Positions 31,875 through 44,008 of a stretch of 64,000 nucleotides of DNA are shown piece by piece. Each line of letters opens with the position of its first letter. The stretch's first letter is position 1. The position numbers and the translations under genes were made by a program. Origin of the DNA: Leidyana gryllorum EB-2025a (taxonomy: Eukaryota; Protista; Apicomplexa). Location of the stretch: assembly GCA_048772705.1 (NCBI GenBank), contig JBLWGC010000051.1, forward strand, positions 62,001 through 126,000, given 5' to 3'. The notes beneath the pieces are model-generated. The model ran no database searches, was not told the DNA's origin, and saw only the letters and a list, made by a program, of their open reading frames with translations.

Positions 31875-33551
31875 TCATGCGTCATTGATGTCTTTGCTAC
31901 TCAACTTGATGGGACACTTCGTGTTCCAGTGGGGGATTGTGTACTCTTGCTCGGTGAAACGGCTTCGAGTGATCGACAGGACGTTTCCACCTTCGCCACT
32001 TTCGTCGTAGCCATGATCTGCAACAGCCAAGCTGTTCCACTTGACCTGTTCAAGTCGTCCTTCTGGCTCGTTCCATCTGATGAAACACATCGGCGCCTGT
32101 CGGTCGGCGCTGGGTGCATACGCCTTGTACTCTCCACTTTGATCAAATACCACGAGATTAAGATCATAGAACTGAGCCAGGAAGGGCCAGACGAGTTCTT
32201 CACCCAAACCGTCTTCAAGACCCCATTTCAGGACCAAAGAGACGAGGGCAGAGTCTTCGAGGTGATTCGCGATATCGTTAAATCTGCTCCTAGTTGACAT
32301 GAGAATCTCCGAGAGGGATGATTGGATGTATTTGACGAGAGCGCCACCGAATACCATCTTGGCCTGGGGAGCCTCAAAGTCAATTGTCTCATCTCTCCCT
32401 GCAGCCGGAGCGATGGTGATCTTCTTGTCGACTGACACCCAACGACTGGACGCCGTCTGGAGATCTGCCAACAGCTTTTGCAGAGAATAGAGCTTTGTCA
32501 TTCCTCTGGTCGGATCTTCACCGTCAAGGACGGTCTTGAAGCGATTTATGATTTGATCACACATCTGTGAAGCGGCTGAGACCATTAGCGGACGACCAAT
32601 GCGCTTATCAGTGGGTAGATCGATCTTTTTAATGGCCTTCTTGACCCCCTCGTCACTGAGACAGGGCGAATGTACAGCTCGTTGCATGCCTGGGAACGAT
32701 CGCTGCCAACACTCTGCGAAGCTGTTCCCCGTCAGCTTAAACTCCTCAATTGCTTCTGGGACTCCTTCGGTTTTGACGGACTCAACCAACTGGTTTAAAC
32801 GCTCCAACTTGGTTTCGATGTGGTCGAAACGGGCATTGCACCACCTGTTGATCTCCTCTTTGATCGCACTCGGTGCGGTAACCACCTCACTGCCCCCCGA
32901 GAAGGCGGTGGTGTTTGCAAACCCAATATATTGTGATGCCCAGACCGAATAAAAAGTCTTGTAGAGACGAGCTGCGCGGTCCTGTTTCCCAACAACTCCC
33001 CACGCCCCCAAAGACAAAGCTCTCGCCAACAAATCCCCCACTCGGAGAGGAGCAACGCCCAGTCCACTGCTCGCTGCAATAGGCCGGACCTCAACACGTC
33101 GGGTGTGCAAGAGGTCTTTCAACATTGGCATCTCGTTGTGGTAATTGGACTGAGTTTTATCGCGTCGGTCACTCGCTTTGCGCATCTCCAGAAGCGCGTC
33201 GTTTGATATCAAATTGCAATCCTTGTCTCCGTTGGCGAAATGCCCATCAAAGTTTCGCGGCATATGCAGCGTTTCATGAGCACTCCCCAATCGCAGAAAC
33301 GCTTCTGACGCTAATTGAAACATCTTTCTCTCTTCCTCAATGGTAGCCTGAGGATTATTATCGAACAGAGATGCTGTTGACTTGATCAACTCCTTTCGCG
33401 CCTCTTTCCAGTCCTTGCTGGAGCTCAGGTCTCTTTCACTTTCCTCGTACGGACTCTGCTTGGCTACAGATACAATGGCATAACCCATTGCGGTCCATAT
33501 TGACTGGGGGTCATTATTAGTGCGGGATGCACATACAGGTGGTCGACCCAT
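31875..33551 (-). CDS. Hypothetical protein (about 558 aa), possibly with a degenerate OTU-like C-terminus
   Basis: Long intronless ORF; ATG at 33551 follows the kinase stop at 33574 after an A-run. Confidence 0.6.
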   Translation of the reverse strand: MGRPPVCASRTNNDPQSIWTAMGYAIVSVAKQSPYEESERDLSSSKDWKEARKELIKSTASLFDNNPQATIEEERKMFQLASEAFLRLGSAHETLHMPRNFDGHFANGDKDCNLISNDALLEMRKASDRRDKTQSNYHNEMPMLKDLLHTRRVEVRPIAASSGLGVAPLRVGDLLARALSLGAWGVVGKQDRAARLYKTFYSVWASQYIGFANTTAFSGGSEVVTAPSAIKEEINRWCNARFDHIETKLERLNQLVESVKTEGVPEAIEEFKLTGNSFAECWQRSFPGMQRAVHSPCLSDEGVKKAIKKIDLPTDKRIGRPLMVSAASQMCDQIINRFKTVLDGEDPTRGMTKLYSLQKLLADLQTASSRWVSVDKKITIAPAAGRDETIDFEAPQAKMVFGGALVKYIQSSLSEILMSTRSRFNDIANHLEDSALVSLVLKWGLEDGLGEELVWPFLAQFYDLNLVVFDQSGEYKAYAPSADRQAPMCFIRWNEPEGRLEQVKWNSLAVADHGYDESGEGGNVLSITRSRFTEQEYTIPHWNTKCPIKLSSKDINDA

Positions 33552-33573
33552 CCTACAATTTTTTTTTGCACCT

Positions 33574-36500
33574 CTACGTAAATGTGGCAGATAACCATGG
33601 GTCCAGTAGGGCGTCCTTGGCCGTGATGCGGCTTTCCGGGTTGACATCAAGAAACTTCTTAACCAAATCCTGTTAGACGTTGTTAGGCTGCTGCGTCAAA
33701 ATGAATAGTCAATCATACCTTGGCTAAGGGGGACACTCGACCCCATACGGTCTCTGGCTTAAAGACCAGCTTGATCTGATGTCCCCTCAGAATGGGTATA
33801 AAGTTTTTCTTGACATCCACGAGGCTCGACAATTCGCTCTGGGGTGCCTGAAACCCGCTCTTCCCGTCGCGCTGCGACCCCATCGAGTTGGGCTTCAGAA
33901 TCTCAAAGACTGGAAATGCGCCCCCTGACAGGAGTTGGTACATCACCACCCCCAGACTCCATAGATCAGCGCTCGTCGTGTACCTTAAACCGTTCAGGAC
34001 CTCTGGTGCTGCGTACGCAGCGGTACCCAAAGCCTCGTCCGCATATCGGGTCATACCACCACGGCTCTCCCCAGCCGCCAATTCGGAAGGTGGTGCCACA
34101 ATCTTACTCAATCCAAAGTCAGTGATCTTTGGCGTAATGGCTTCTTTCGCTAATCTCGTTCCAAAGAACCTGTCAACCTTCCATATCAAATTCCGGTCAA
34201 TGTCCAATGATATTCGTTCAACTCCGCTTCTGATCCGTCGTACCAGTTCCTCGTTTACGAAGAAGTTAGGCACCCTTTCATTCTCGTCCAATGTCGACTG
34301 AACTGTCAGCGGTCGCGTGCCCGGATGGTGGGTTTGACTTCGTCGGCTCTTCCGCAATCTGTTGGGATCCTTGGACCCTTCCAACATGCGCTCCTCTCTC
34401 CACTCCAAACAGTGCAGGAATAACCAAAAGTTCATTATCTGTGTCAATGGCGAGCAATTGTCTGAAAGCAGCTCAGTATGCCTTGCGCGCTTACCTCCAC
34501 GGCTGTGGCTCTCCTCCTGGCATTCGCATCCGACAGGGCGCTCGAGGTCGTGGGAGACAGATTATCGTGACTCCTCGTACCCCCTCGCGTGCGATACCGA
34601 TCATTGACACCGCCCGACCCCCGTTCACGACCTTCACCGTCTTCCTCTTGAGTCTCACTGTTCTGATGATGCGGCTGCGGATCAGCTGAGCCGGTGCTTC
34701 GGGAGTGGAATTGCCGTCGCACGGTAAAGTCTCCGCTCATTGCGTTACGCATGCTACTCGGACTCAGGACTTTCGGTGACGTCACTCTGGTGAGAGCCGG
34801 GGCAGGAGGAGGGGACCCTTGTTCCAGACTCATTATATTCTGTCGAATGTTCATTCGACCGTATGTGCCACTGGCCTGATACATATCCACCGTGTCCAGA
34901 CTCGATTGTCTCGACATATCGGTGGGACTCGCCCCGCCACTCTCCAAATCGTCCTCAGGGCCTCGTCCAGATGAATCGGACAGTGCTCCTTCGTCTGCAC
35001 TCAGATCCATAGTTCCGTTAGGGTTGTGACTCCCCACTCCAGTCGCTATGCCAGTGGTGTCACCACGCCCCTCTCCCCCCTCGGCTTCAGTTTCCGTGAC
35101 GTCGTTATCGGCCTGTTGGACCATAATGGCAGGGGGTCTCACGGGCTCCAGAGCTGAGGGAGTTGTACCTTTATCACCCCACTCTATGCCCGAGCGGGCC
35201 TCCCCCCGTCCTTGAACCAGAATGCGTTTGATCTGAGTCTTGGCGCGGGTGGACTTTCGATCCATATTCACTCCACCCCCGGGACTTGCCGCCTCTGTGC
35301 TGAGTGAGGGCAGGTTTGGGATCAGTTGATGCATGGGAAACTTGAGCTGAGGAACAAGAAGTCGTAGCAAGACGTTGTCTGGTTTGAGATCCCGGTGGAT
35401 AACGTTACGTTTGGGGGAGTGAAGAAAGGTGAGACCACTCAACACCCCCCTTACAATTTCTTTAGCAATCCATTCGGGAATCCATATGCAATAGGGCGGC
35501 CGATCTGATAGTGTCCAAATGTGTGCGCAAACACAAAACACCCTACTTACCCTGAGGCTGCTGTTGCCCATCCGTGCCAGCTTGTGTTCCAGACGCATAT
35601 ATCTGCTGAAGTCCGGTGTTAATGTCGCGAATGGTCTCAATAAGTCTCCGGAGATCTCCACTGGGCCCCCACTCCATGATAATGTACAGAAAGTCATGGG
35701 TGTTGTAGACATCCAGCAGCCGAATCAGATTGGGATGGCATAACAACTGAAGGACAGCGACTTCTGTTCGCTGGAATCGTTGAACAGCTAAATCGTCTTC
35801 ACTGTCGTCATCGTGGCCCCCGCCATTGTCAGGTCGACGCGCTCCGCACAGGTTCCACCGGCGTTTCCGAGCGAAATGGCAATGTGGCTGATTGTTTGCA
35901 GAGCCGGGTCGTCGTGGACATATCCATCCAAAACAGGCATTTTCTCTCGCCTCAGCATCGTTGGAAGATGTGGTGTCTAATGGCTGACCTCCGCTTGGGC
36001 TTAACGCGGTCCCCACGTGGGGTCTTCGTCGTTGACCTGTGGGCTTGCGCATGATCTTGACAGCTACCTTCTCTTGAGTGCTTCTATTCAAGGCTCTATA
36101 AACCGTGGCGAATTTGCCTCTGCCCAGCGGTTCTTGCAGTAGATAGAGATCATGGAAAACACCCTCGGTTACGCCGGCTGCCTGACTCAGATGCTTGATC
36201 CAACGGTCTCTGTCGTAGCGAGTCTGCGCATACAGAACGGCTCGTTGATGATTCTCGTTTCTGAACCATCGGAGTTCGAATCCCCAGCGTCGCTCAAACT
36301 TGGAGGGAGCTTCTGTCTGCACATCAATAATGTCCTGTCCTTCAACACTCTTAGCCTTGCGCGCTGCTGCCGTAGCACTTGCGTAGTCCTCTTGAGGGTC
36401 GTCGAGAGTCTTATCCACGCGACAGCCCTCAATGATGATAGCCCGGGTAGGGGTTCGCTGGTTGGTGTTCCGGTATGAGTACAGGAATCGGTCCCGCAGT

Positions 36501-38401
36501 ACATAGAATCGTCGCTGTTTCATCCCGAATCGCCGACCCTCCTTCTCTAGCCATCCGCAGAAATCTATATTTTGGCCGTGGGGTATCAGGCACGCAGGAT
36601 AATTGGTGAAGCTCTGAAGCCGAGTGTTCACAGGAAAGATTGAGAGGCACTCACCTTGCAGCCTAAAGCCAGTGGAGAGGGCACTCCGGCGGTCCCGCTT
36701 TGATCCCTGGAGGTCTGATCTCCAGGGGCGGCCAGCCGTCTGGGTCGCCTCCGATGCTTCACATTGGTGGGTAGAGTGAGATATTTGTTTTGGTCAGATA
36801 TGTCTTCGAGGTTACCTCGACGAATAACCCCAAAGTATGTGCTGCTGCACTTGGAGCATTCCATTAGTATCCAATCCGCAGGTACATTGTGGTCTTCGAT
36901 GTCTGACTCGGCGAGTCTCTGCGTGTTGTACCCAGCGCCCTGGCGGTAGCCTTCTGGAGGGCCCAACGCGAGAGGCGGGAAGAGATGTTTGTGTTGTTTA
37001 GGCAGTAAGACGTCAACTGGGATTGGCATGAACGACTGCGGTTTGATTGTCTCCTGACAGAATATCTCCAGCGCTAAGCGTAGCTCCGGGAACCTCAAGA
37101 CGGCTTCACAGAAGGTGGTGAAGGTCATCTCCTCGCACTTTTGGGTCTTGTCGCCCTTGTAGATCTCGAAAGCTTTGTCCACCAACTTGTCCACCATTAA
37201 CTCAAACGCGCGTATGCTCTCCTCAGTGCGAGCCCCCTTGAGCACAGCCTCCAACTCGTCAATGGTCATCTCATCGTCGTCTGCCTGGGAGGTCCGTTGA
37301 TCGTCGCCACTGGCCGAATTATCTTTCTCCCCGCGCGAGAGAACCTGCAGAGCTGCCAGAGTCTTCAGTTCCGTGTCTCCGCGATACTGAGGCCCTCCGG
37401 CTCGGCCACTGTCACTATATGTTTGAGACTCACACTCAGCCCTCACCTCGTGCTTTTCCGAACGTGGCCATTCGACAAGAAGGAGAGAGACGCCGGTATG
37501 TGGTACAGCATCATAGCCAGCTCGTCTCTGCTCAATTCGCCGTCTCCGTTGAGATCGTACCTGTGGGAGACGTATTGAAGTGTCAGTGAGGTGACGATGA
37601 GACTCACATATGGAATATGAATCCGAGTTTCTGTCCCAGATCAGCGGAGGCCAGCACGGCGAGACCAGTGGCGAACTCATCGAAATCAATAACTCCGTTA
37701 CCATTGCTGTCGAACGCTGCAAATAGTCGTTCGCCCAGGACTCCTGGCAACTGGGGGAAAACCTGGAGAAACACTTCTTTGTCCATCTGAGCACTGCGCC
37801 AGATTCGTAGGTGTTGTGTCACACCTGAGGGCTCATCCGAGGACCCGGCACCGGGCCCAGTTGCTGGTGGTCCGCCTCCATCCCCGTTGTTGGCACCGCC
37901 CTCGGTCCCCTGGGTGAAGGAAGATGATGGCCGCGTTGACGATTGACGGTTGCTCGCTGCCAAGTGATCAAACAGATTGCGAAGGAGAGCCTGCCACCGT
38001 TTCCGCTCTCGACTACTTCGTCGCTCCTCCGCAACACCAGAGGTGTCCGGAAGAATCTCCGTCATTGGGGTACTAGCTAAATGTCGAGACCGATCGGCGT
38101 TTTTCCCGCCATGTCGTTCCTTCCGTGTGTAAATCTCAATTAGATAATTGGACGACTTCTTCTGCTGAATGTCGTACACCAATGCCCCAACAACTCCAGC
38201 AATTTGGGTGTTGCATATATACAGAGTGCGGGACAGTGTGCAATGGGGACATTCAATCGCTGATATATCCGTCAATGGTCGTCTCAACAGAAGCACATAA
38301 CTTGACGATTCAAGTGAAGATGAAGCCGATGACAAATCCGCTAATCTATGAGCCTCAACACTCTCTGGGGCTGAATTGAGATCAAATTGATCACTGGTCA
38401 T
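33574..38401 (-). CDS. CDPK7: CDPK7-type kinase (N-terminal EF-hands, PH domain, C-terminal Ser/Thr kinase), multi-exon
   Basis: LPGVLGERLFAAFDSNGNGVIDFDEF (EF-hand), GWLEKEGRRFGMKQRRFYVLRD...DRWIKHL (PH), LGRGKFATV, VAVK, HRDLKPDN, DFGLS, YAAPE, DLWSLGV, RITAKDALLDPW. Confidence 0.85.
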
Positions 38402-39702
38402 GTTGTTTCACCAATACTCATCTCTCGAAGGGAAAGGAAAAAAAAGGGTCATTGCACCCTTTCTGCTCCTCTCCATTCTCGACCTGCCAACTCCAAGTGC
38501 CCTCATTTCCCCTTTTCGCCCAATGTGCTATCTATTCGGACTTCTATTTGAACTGAACAGTACCCTTTCCGCCTTTCCACGCTGCATCCACAAACACTAA
38601 GCCGCTGAATCGCCCACTCTTGCCCGCCATTCACCTGGCCAACCAGCCTCACGCCAGCCTCTTAGATACCTCTCACTCCACTCGACCTACTCAATCACAG
38701 AACTTCTAACCGTCGTCGTGACTCACGCACACACACTCCACACTATGGAGACAGCGCGTTTGATCTCCCCCACACCTGAACCACCATATACCTGCGGTTG
38801 TGTGACGTCGACAGGACGTCGTAAATCATATTCGTGTCGGATGCCGATGAGTGGGGCGCAATTTTTATGATGAGTTATCTCTCAAGTGACGCATATCGCT
38901 CAGGAATGCTCGAAAGTGGATGATTGGAGGTACAACTGAGATCTTCCCTATGGACGACGACAGCTACCACTTCGAATGGGGAGGCCAGGAGTCGAATCTT
39001 CCATATAGTTTGCCATACAATGCCATTACGGTGAAGTACGTCCCTCAAGCCGCTTCATGAGGGCTCGCTCCGTTTTGTGGGAAGCACTATCCCCACCCAC
39101 TACCTGCTGCCACCGCCGCCTTGATCAAATGCCGACCGCACCACTCGGGCAAGCAGTTAGACTTCGTTGCACAGATACTCAGGGTGAAGATTGTCAACGA
39201 GAGTCTAGGCTCGATGGTAAATCCGTTGTGAGCTGCGACACACTTGCACCTGTGAGGCACCTTGGGTGGGCACAGGTGCAAGTACTGCCTGGATGGCGAG
39301 CGAATAGAAACTCATGGGCCGCGAATGACCCCTCTCATCGTAGCTACGCTTTCTATCTCATGGAAGCACAGAGCCAGTTGTGTTGTATTATGATCATTCT
39401 GTCCCGCCCTTCTATTGCCTGAGCCGGTGAGCAGTATGGTGATTGCTATTCCTTGTGCATACGTCACGTGGTGGGAATTTCTGCGACATCAACGAAAGTT
39501 CGGCAAACGAACATGCATTCAATGAGGGCATTGAAGTGAAAAGTCGCACCAATCATCGCCCCTCAGACTGTATGAATAGATACAGAGAGGCCGGGGGAAG
39601 GAGACACCACGCAAACACAACACACGATTTGAGTGGGACGTCCTCTGTGTTACTCTGCCTGTCTTCGTTTCCTGTGTGCGGTGGTCTTCGTTTGATCACA
39701 TT

Positions 39703-40677
39703 CTATAATTCGATGTTGCTTCGATTGATCCAATCAACAGTCACGTCCATGGCGGCGCGGCAAGCGGCAGTGTCGTCCAAGCAATTCAACATGAGAAAAT
39801 GGTGAATGGTTCCGTGAAACAAGAAGTACTCTACATCGACCCCGGCTAGCGCGAGTTTTTCAGCGTAATCTCGGCCTTCATCGCGAACAATATCTGCTTC
39901 AGCCGTTATGATGAGCGCCGACGGCCCTCCTTCCAGTTGTTCCAGAGGAGTTCGTAATGGACTGGCCCAAGGACTTTGACGATCCGCCAAGTTGTCGGTA
40001 TACTGATCCCAAAACCACTGCATCTCATCCTTGGTCAAAAAGTATCCCTTTGCGAATTCCTTGTATGACTCCGTCTTCATCGCACAATCAGTCACTGGAT
40101 AGAAGAGCAACTGTTTGTCGATGTCGGGAACGCTTGGATCGTCTCTTAGCGCATTGGCCAAGACCGCGGCCATGTTCCCTCCCACGCTGTCCCCAGCAAT
40201 AGTCAATCCCTCGAGGTTCCACCCTCGTACCTCGGCTAATTCTGGCAACCCACGGAGTACTGCCACTAGCTGTTCCAGCGCTGTGGGAAACTGTGCTTCG
40301 GGGCTCAAGGAGTACTCAGGAAAGATGACTATCGACATGCAACGGCTACATAACTCTCTGACGAGCTTGTCATGTGTGTGAGCGTTGCCGACCACCCAGC
40401 CGCCTCCATGACAATAGAAAATGACATTCGGATAGTGAAAGTCTTCCGTTTCTGCGGGGCTAAAGATACGAACTTTGATCAGCCCTTCGACGCCACAATC
40501 GAATTCGACATCCTCTATGTTGACAGCAAATCTGCTTTGCAGCGGTTTCTGGAGATTATTGAAGACCTCTTGACGAGTCTCGGGAGGCAGTTGATGGATT
40601 CGAGGATGCTTTGCACTGGCTGCCACAATTTCAGCGACAGCCCCCTCCAGGACTACCTCTCGCTTTGCCTCAGTCAT
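39703..40677 (-). CDS. HSL-family (Aes-like) alpha/beta hydrolase/esterase, copy 1, intronless
   Basis: HGGGW, HTHDKLVREL, PEYSLSPEAQFP, GDSVGG, YPVTD, EADIVRDEG, TIHHF; alternative ATG at 40731. Confidence 0.93.
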   Translation of the reverse strand: MTEAKREVVLEGAVAEIVAASAKHPRIHQLPPETRQEVFNNLQKPLQSRFAVNIEDVEFDCGVEGLIKVRIFSPAETEDFHYPNVIFYCHGGGWVVGNAHTHDKLVRELCSRCMSIVIFPEYSLSPEAQFPTALEQLVAVLRGLPELAEVRGWNLEGLTIAGDSVGGNMAAVLANALRDDPSVPDIDKQLLFYPVTDCAMKTESYKEFAKGYFLTKDEMQWFWDQYTDNLADRQSPWASPLRTPLEQLEGGPSALIITAEADIVRDEGRDYAEKLALAGVDVEYFLFHGTIHHFLMLNCLDDTAACRAAMDVTVDWINRSNIEL

Positions 40678-41120
40678 CTCTTTGTGTCGAGCACACCGGC
40701 CGCTGTCACAAAAGTCCCGAACATGGGCCACTCTCAGATCTTGCCAAGTTGGTAGACATCACAACCCCCAATGCGCCGATGGTGACTTTGCGCGAACAAA
40801 ATCCGGATGGAATAGATTGCGCCTTCCATCCCGGCCGCACGGGAGTGGTAATAGCCCTTGCACTCCCGGAGAAAGCGCAGGAGTTCATCTTTACCCCGAT
40901 GGGCTCCAGTCTGTGGGCCGGTTGCTCGCCATTACCTCCGCGCAGATAGAGAACGAGAGGACCATAAGAACTAAGGGGTCTGCTAATAAAACGAAAAATC
41001 AGTGACCGACTATTCAGACGCGGTCGATTCGGGAGCCCATTCACATTGAGGGTGTCTCTGTTCGTTTGTCGAGCCCTTCTCCAACACCCCACCGTTAGAT
41101 GAGTTCTCTGATCAGGTTGG

Positions 41121-42101
41121 TCAGAGAGTTTGATTGTTGAGATTATTGACCCAACTGGTGGAGACGTCCATCGCATCGCGACATGCCTGAGATTGGTCCA
41201 AACTGTTAGCCATAACGAAACCGTGGATTGTTGAGGGGAATGTGTGGTACGACACTGTCACCCCAGCCTTCTCCAGTTTCTCCGCATACAGTTGACCTTC
41301 GTCCCGCAACACGTCGGCTTCGGCTGTGATGATCATCACGGGACCCAAACCCTGCAGATCACTGAGAGGAGTCTTTAGCGGACTCGCCCAGGGTGTCTGG
41401 CGTTGTTGAGGGTCTGGTCCAATATAGTGGTTCCAGTGCCACTCCATCAACTCCTTTGTCAGAAAGTATCCGCGATTGAATGTGTGATAAGATGGGGTGT
41501 CCATTGCACTATCAGTTACCGGATAATATAAGAGCTGTTTGTGCACTTGAGGCATGTCGGGGTCTTTCGCTAGCATGATACTTAAAACAGTTGCCAAGTT
41601 GCCCCCAGCGCTGTCGCCCGCCAGGGTCAGAGTACCCAATCGCCACCCCTTTCTGGCGGCGATGGATGGCAAACCACGCAGCAAGCTCGTCAGTTGGTTC
41701 AAGGCTGTCGGGAACTGCACTTCAGGGCTCAATCCGTATTCTGGGAATACCACCACACTTCGACATCGGTATGCCAGCTCACGGGCTAGTTTGTCGTGTG
41801 TGTGTGCGTTTCCGAATACCCACCCTCCCCCATGGCAGTAGAAGATTACATGAACATTCTTCTGATCGACTGATGAGGGCTTGAATATTTTGACTTTGAT
41901 ATCTCCAGAGGGACCACAGTCAAAGTCGATACCGTCGATCTCCGCGTCATATAAGTGCTCCACTGGCTGTTCCTGGAGTGTGTCCAGCATGGCACGCGCA
42001 ACTGCAGGTGTCACATTCTGGATATCGCCTTGTTCATTGCAAGCAGCGACAAAGTCTGCAGCAGGCTTGTCAAGCATCACACTAGCGCTCGAAGACGACA
42101 T
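41121..42101 (-). CDS. HSL-family alpha/beta hydrolase/esterase, copy 2, intronless
   Basis: HGGGW, GDSAGG, EADVLRDEG, TIHGF; complete Ser-Asp-His triad. Confidence 0.93.
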   Translation of the reverse strand: MSSSSASVMLDKPAADFVAACNEQGDIQNVTPAVARAMLDTLQEQPVEHLYDAEIDGIDFDCGPSGDIKVKIFKPSSVDQKNVHVIFYCHGGGWVFGNAHTHDKLARELAYRCRSVVVFPEYGLSPEVQFPTALNQLTSLLRGLPSIAARKGWRLGTLTLAGDSAGGNLATVLSIMLAKDPDMPQVHKQLLYYPVTDSAMDTPSYHTFNRGYFLTKELMEWHWNHYIGPDPQQRQTPWASPLKTPLSDLQGLGPVMIITAEADVLRDEGQLYAEKLEKAGVTVSYHTFPSTIHGFVMANSLDQSQACRDAMDVSTSWVNNLNNQTL

Positions 42102-42587
42102 CTCCTGTTGTTCCTGGGCCTAATTCGATTGGAAGATGAAACAAGTCCCAAACCTGCCGGTAGGCGTGGTTTGGTTTGGTTTGATATGATTGTCTGTATC
42201 ACAGTATTCAGGCGTAAACAGGCGTAAAGACGAAATCCATACTCCCATCATGCACACGGGTTATAGATTAAGGAACAGATTTTGAACTTCAATCATCAAG
42301 GAGGCCCGGCAGGCAGCGTTGGACTGACTTGCCTTCGTATAAAAAGTCTGAAGAGCTCCAAAGCTTCTCTCCCACGGTCAGAAAGTAGATTAGATCGCTG
42401 GGACGAGATCTAAAGAGCCAGACGGCGAGAAAGAAGGCATCCATCCAGGCACCGTCACCAAGACCACTGTTTCACTCTGGCCGCTCAGCAACGTCCAGTC
42501 CACTGCCAAGTCCCTCCTGTTGAACCCTCATTCATCCACAGCGGTCTCCAAGTAAGGGCAATCCTCCTTCTCTCAAGTAGTGATCTC

Positions 42588-43625
42588 TCATTCGATCATC
42601 ACCTCTTCACTGAGATCGTCGGCCATATTATTGCCCTCCTCAAGTTCTTTGATCCACCGATCGATTCTGGCCATGGCTTTCCGGCACGAGTGAGTTGCGT
42701 CCAGACAATGGAGAGTGAGAAAATCGTGGAGGACTCCTCGGTACCGCTTGAATGTGACGTCGCAGTCAGCGGCCTTCAATTTGGCAGCCATGCGCATATT
42801 GTCATCCTGCACAATGTCCGCCTCGACGGATATTATAAGGGTCGGTGGGAGTCCACACAAGTCGAGATAGAATGTATCCAGGGGAGAGTTGGTGTTATTA
42901 TCGCGGACCTTTTTGTCTGGAATGTAAGTCTCCCAATATGACTGTAGCGCCTCTTTGGTCAACCAGTACCCCTCAGCAAAGTGTTTGTAGGAGCGGGCTT
43001 TGCTGCTCGCGGACACCACCGGGTAGAGCAGCAATAGTTTGTGTATCGCAATGTCTCCTTCGGTTTTGTATCTTTGGGCGAGGGAAATGGCCATTCCCCC
43101 ACCCACGTCATCCCCAGCGACGGTCAAATCCTCCAAAGTCCAGCCATACTCTTCAGCCATAGACGGGAGATTGGCAAAAACTCCCAACACTTCGTCGTAA
43201 GACTGTGGATACTGTGCCTCTGGGCTCAGAGAATACTGAGGAAAGACCACCACGTGTCGAGACCGGAAGGCCAATTCTCTCAACAGCTTGTCGTGCGTGT
43301 GCGCGTTGCCATATCGCCAACCACCCCCGTGGATAAAGAAGATCACTTTGGGAGATTCAGCTGTGTCCACGTTCAGTGGCGGAGTCACCAACCGGACTGA
43401 CACATTGCCCCAATTCTCAACGCTTATATTGACGTCTCGAACATCAGCGGGAAACTTGTCGACATTGGTGTTTTGCATGTCATCCAAAAGACGGCGCGCT
43501 TCGTCAATCGGTTGACGATGGAAGGGAACCGGCCTCTTCTTCTCTTCGTCCAGCAACTGCTTTGCTCGCGGGTCGAGCCATGTTTGGCCGGTTCTACGCA
43601 AGCCTATCGGAGGTTCCTCGGTCAT
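42588..43625 (-). CDS. HSL-family alpha/beta hydrolase, copy 3, nucleophile Ser replaced by Asp
   Basis: HGGGW, HTHDKLLREL, GDDVGG instead of GDSxGG, EADIVQDD, VLHDF; ORF intact. Confidence 0.88.
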   Translation of the reverse strand: MTEEPPIGLRRTGQTWLDPRAKQLLDEEKKRPVPFHRQPIDEARRLLDDMQNTNVDKFPADVRDVNISVENWGNVSVRLVTPPLNVDTAESPKVIFFIHGGGWRYGNAHTHDKLLRELAFRSRHVVVFPQYSLSPEAQYPQSYDEVLGVFANLPSMAEEYGWTLEDLTVAGDDVGGGMAISLAQRYKTEGDIAIHKLLLLYPVVSASSKARSYKHFAEGYWLTKEALQSYWETYIPDKKVRDNNTNSPLDTFYLDLCGLPPTLIISVEADIVQDDNMRMAAKLKAADCDVTFKRYRGVLHDFLTLHCLDATHSCRKAMARIDRWIKELEEGNNMADDLSEEVMIE

Positions 43626-44008
43626 GCTCAAAAATGTGTAAGATCGACTGGGGCACTATTGGCCTCTCCCTCCACACCGATCTGACTGTGCTGGTCCAGC
43701 ATTGTGTCGGACGGGGACTGCTCAGGGAGCTCTCAGTACGACAAGAACGTCTCATCAAGACATCTTTGAGTCTCCGCCGGGAGCGAATAACTGATCGTAA
43801 TCCGCCAATAGAGTGCCGTAATCATCCATCACTCGTGCATGGGCGACATTCTCAAACAGAAGTTGAGGGAGTAATGGCGGCGTTGTTGTCCACCACATTG
43901 ACCCATTCGGAAATTCAACGTCTCACACGAAACATTTATTATTATGGACGAATCAACCATCAATTGGGGGGTGGAATAATAATACGGCGCTGGTGTTTTA
44001 TAGAAGGT

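Noticed and set aside
33552-33650. N-terminal extension of the 591-aa ORF, or fusion of that ORF to CDPK7
   Set aside because: Most of this stretch encodes the kinase's last exon in another frame, ending at TAG 33574; a separate ATG at 33551 is more parsimonious
38867-38939. C/D-box snoRNA (ATGATGA...CTGA)
   Set aside because: Weak terminal stem, no rRNA-complementary guide recognised, and it overlaps a protein-like reading frame
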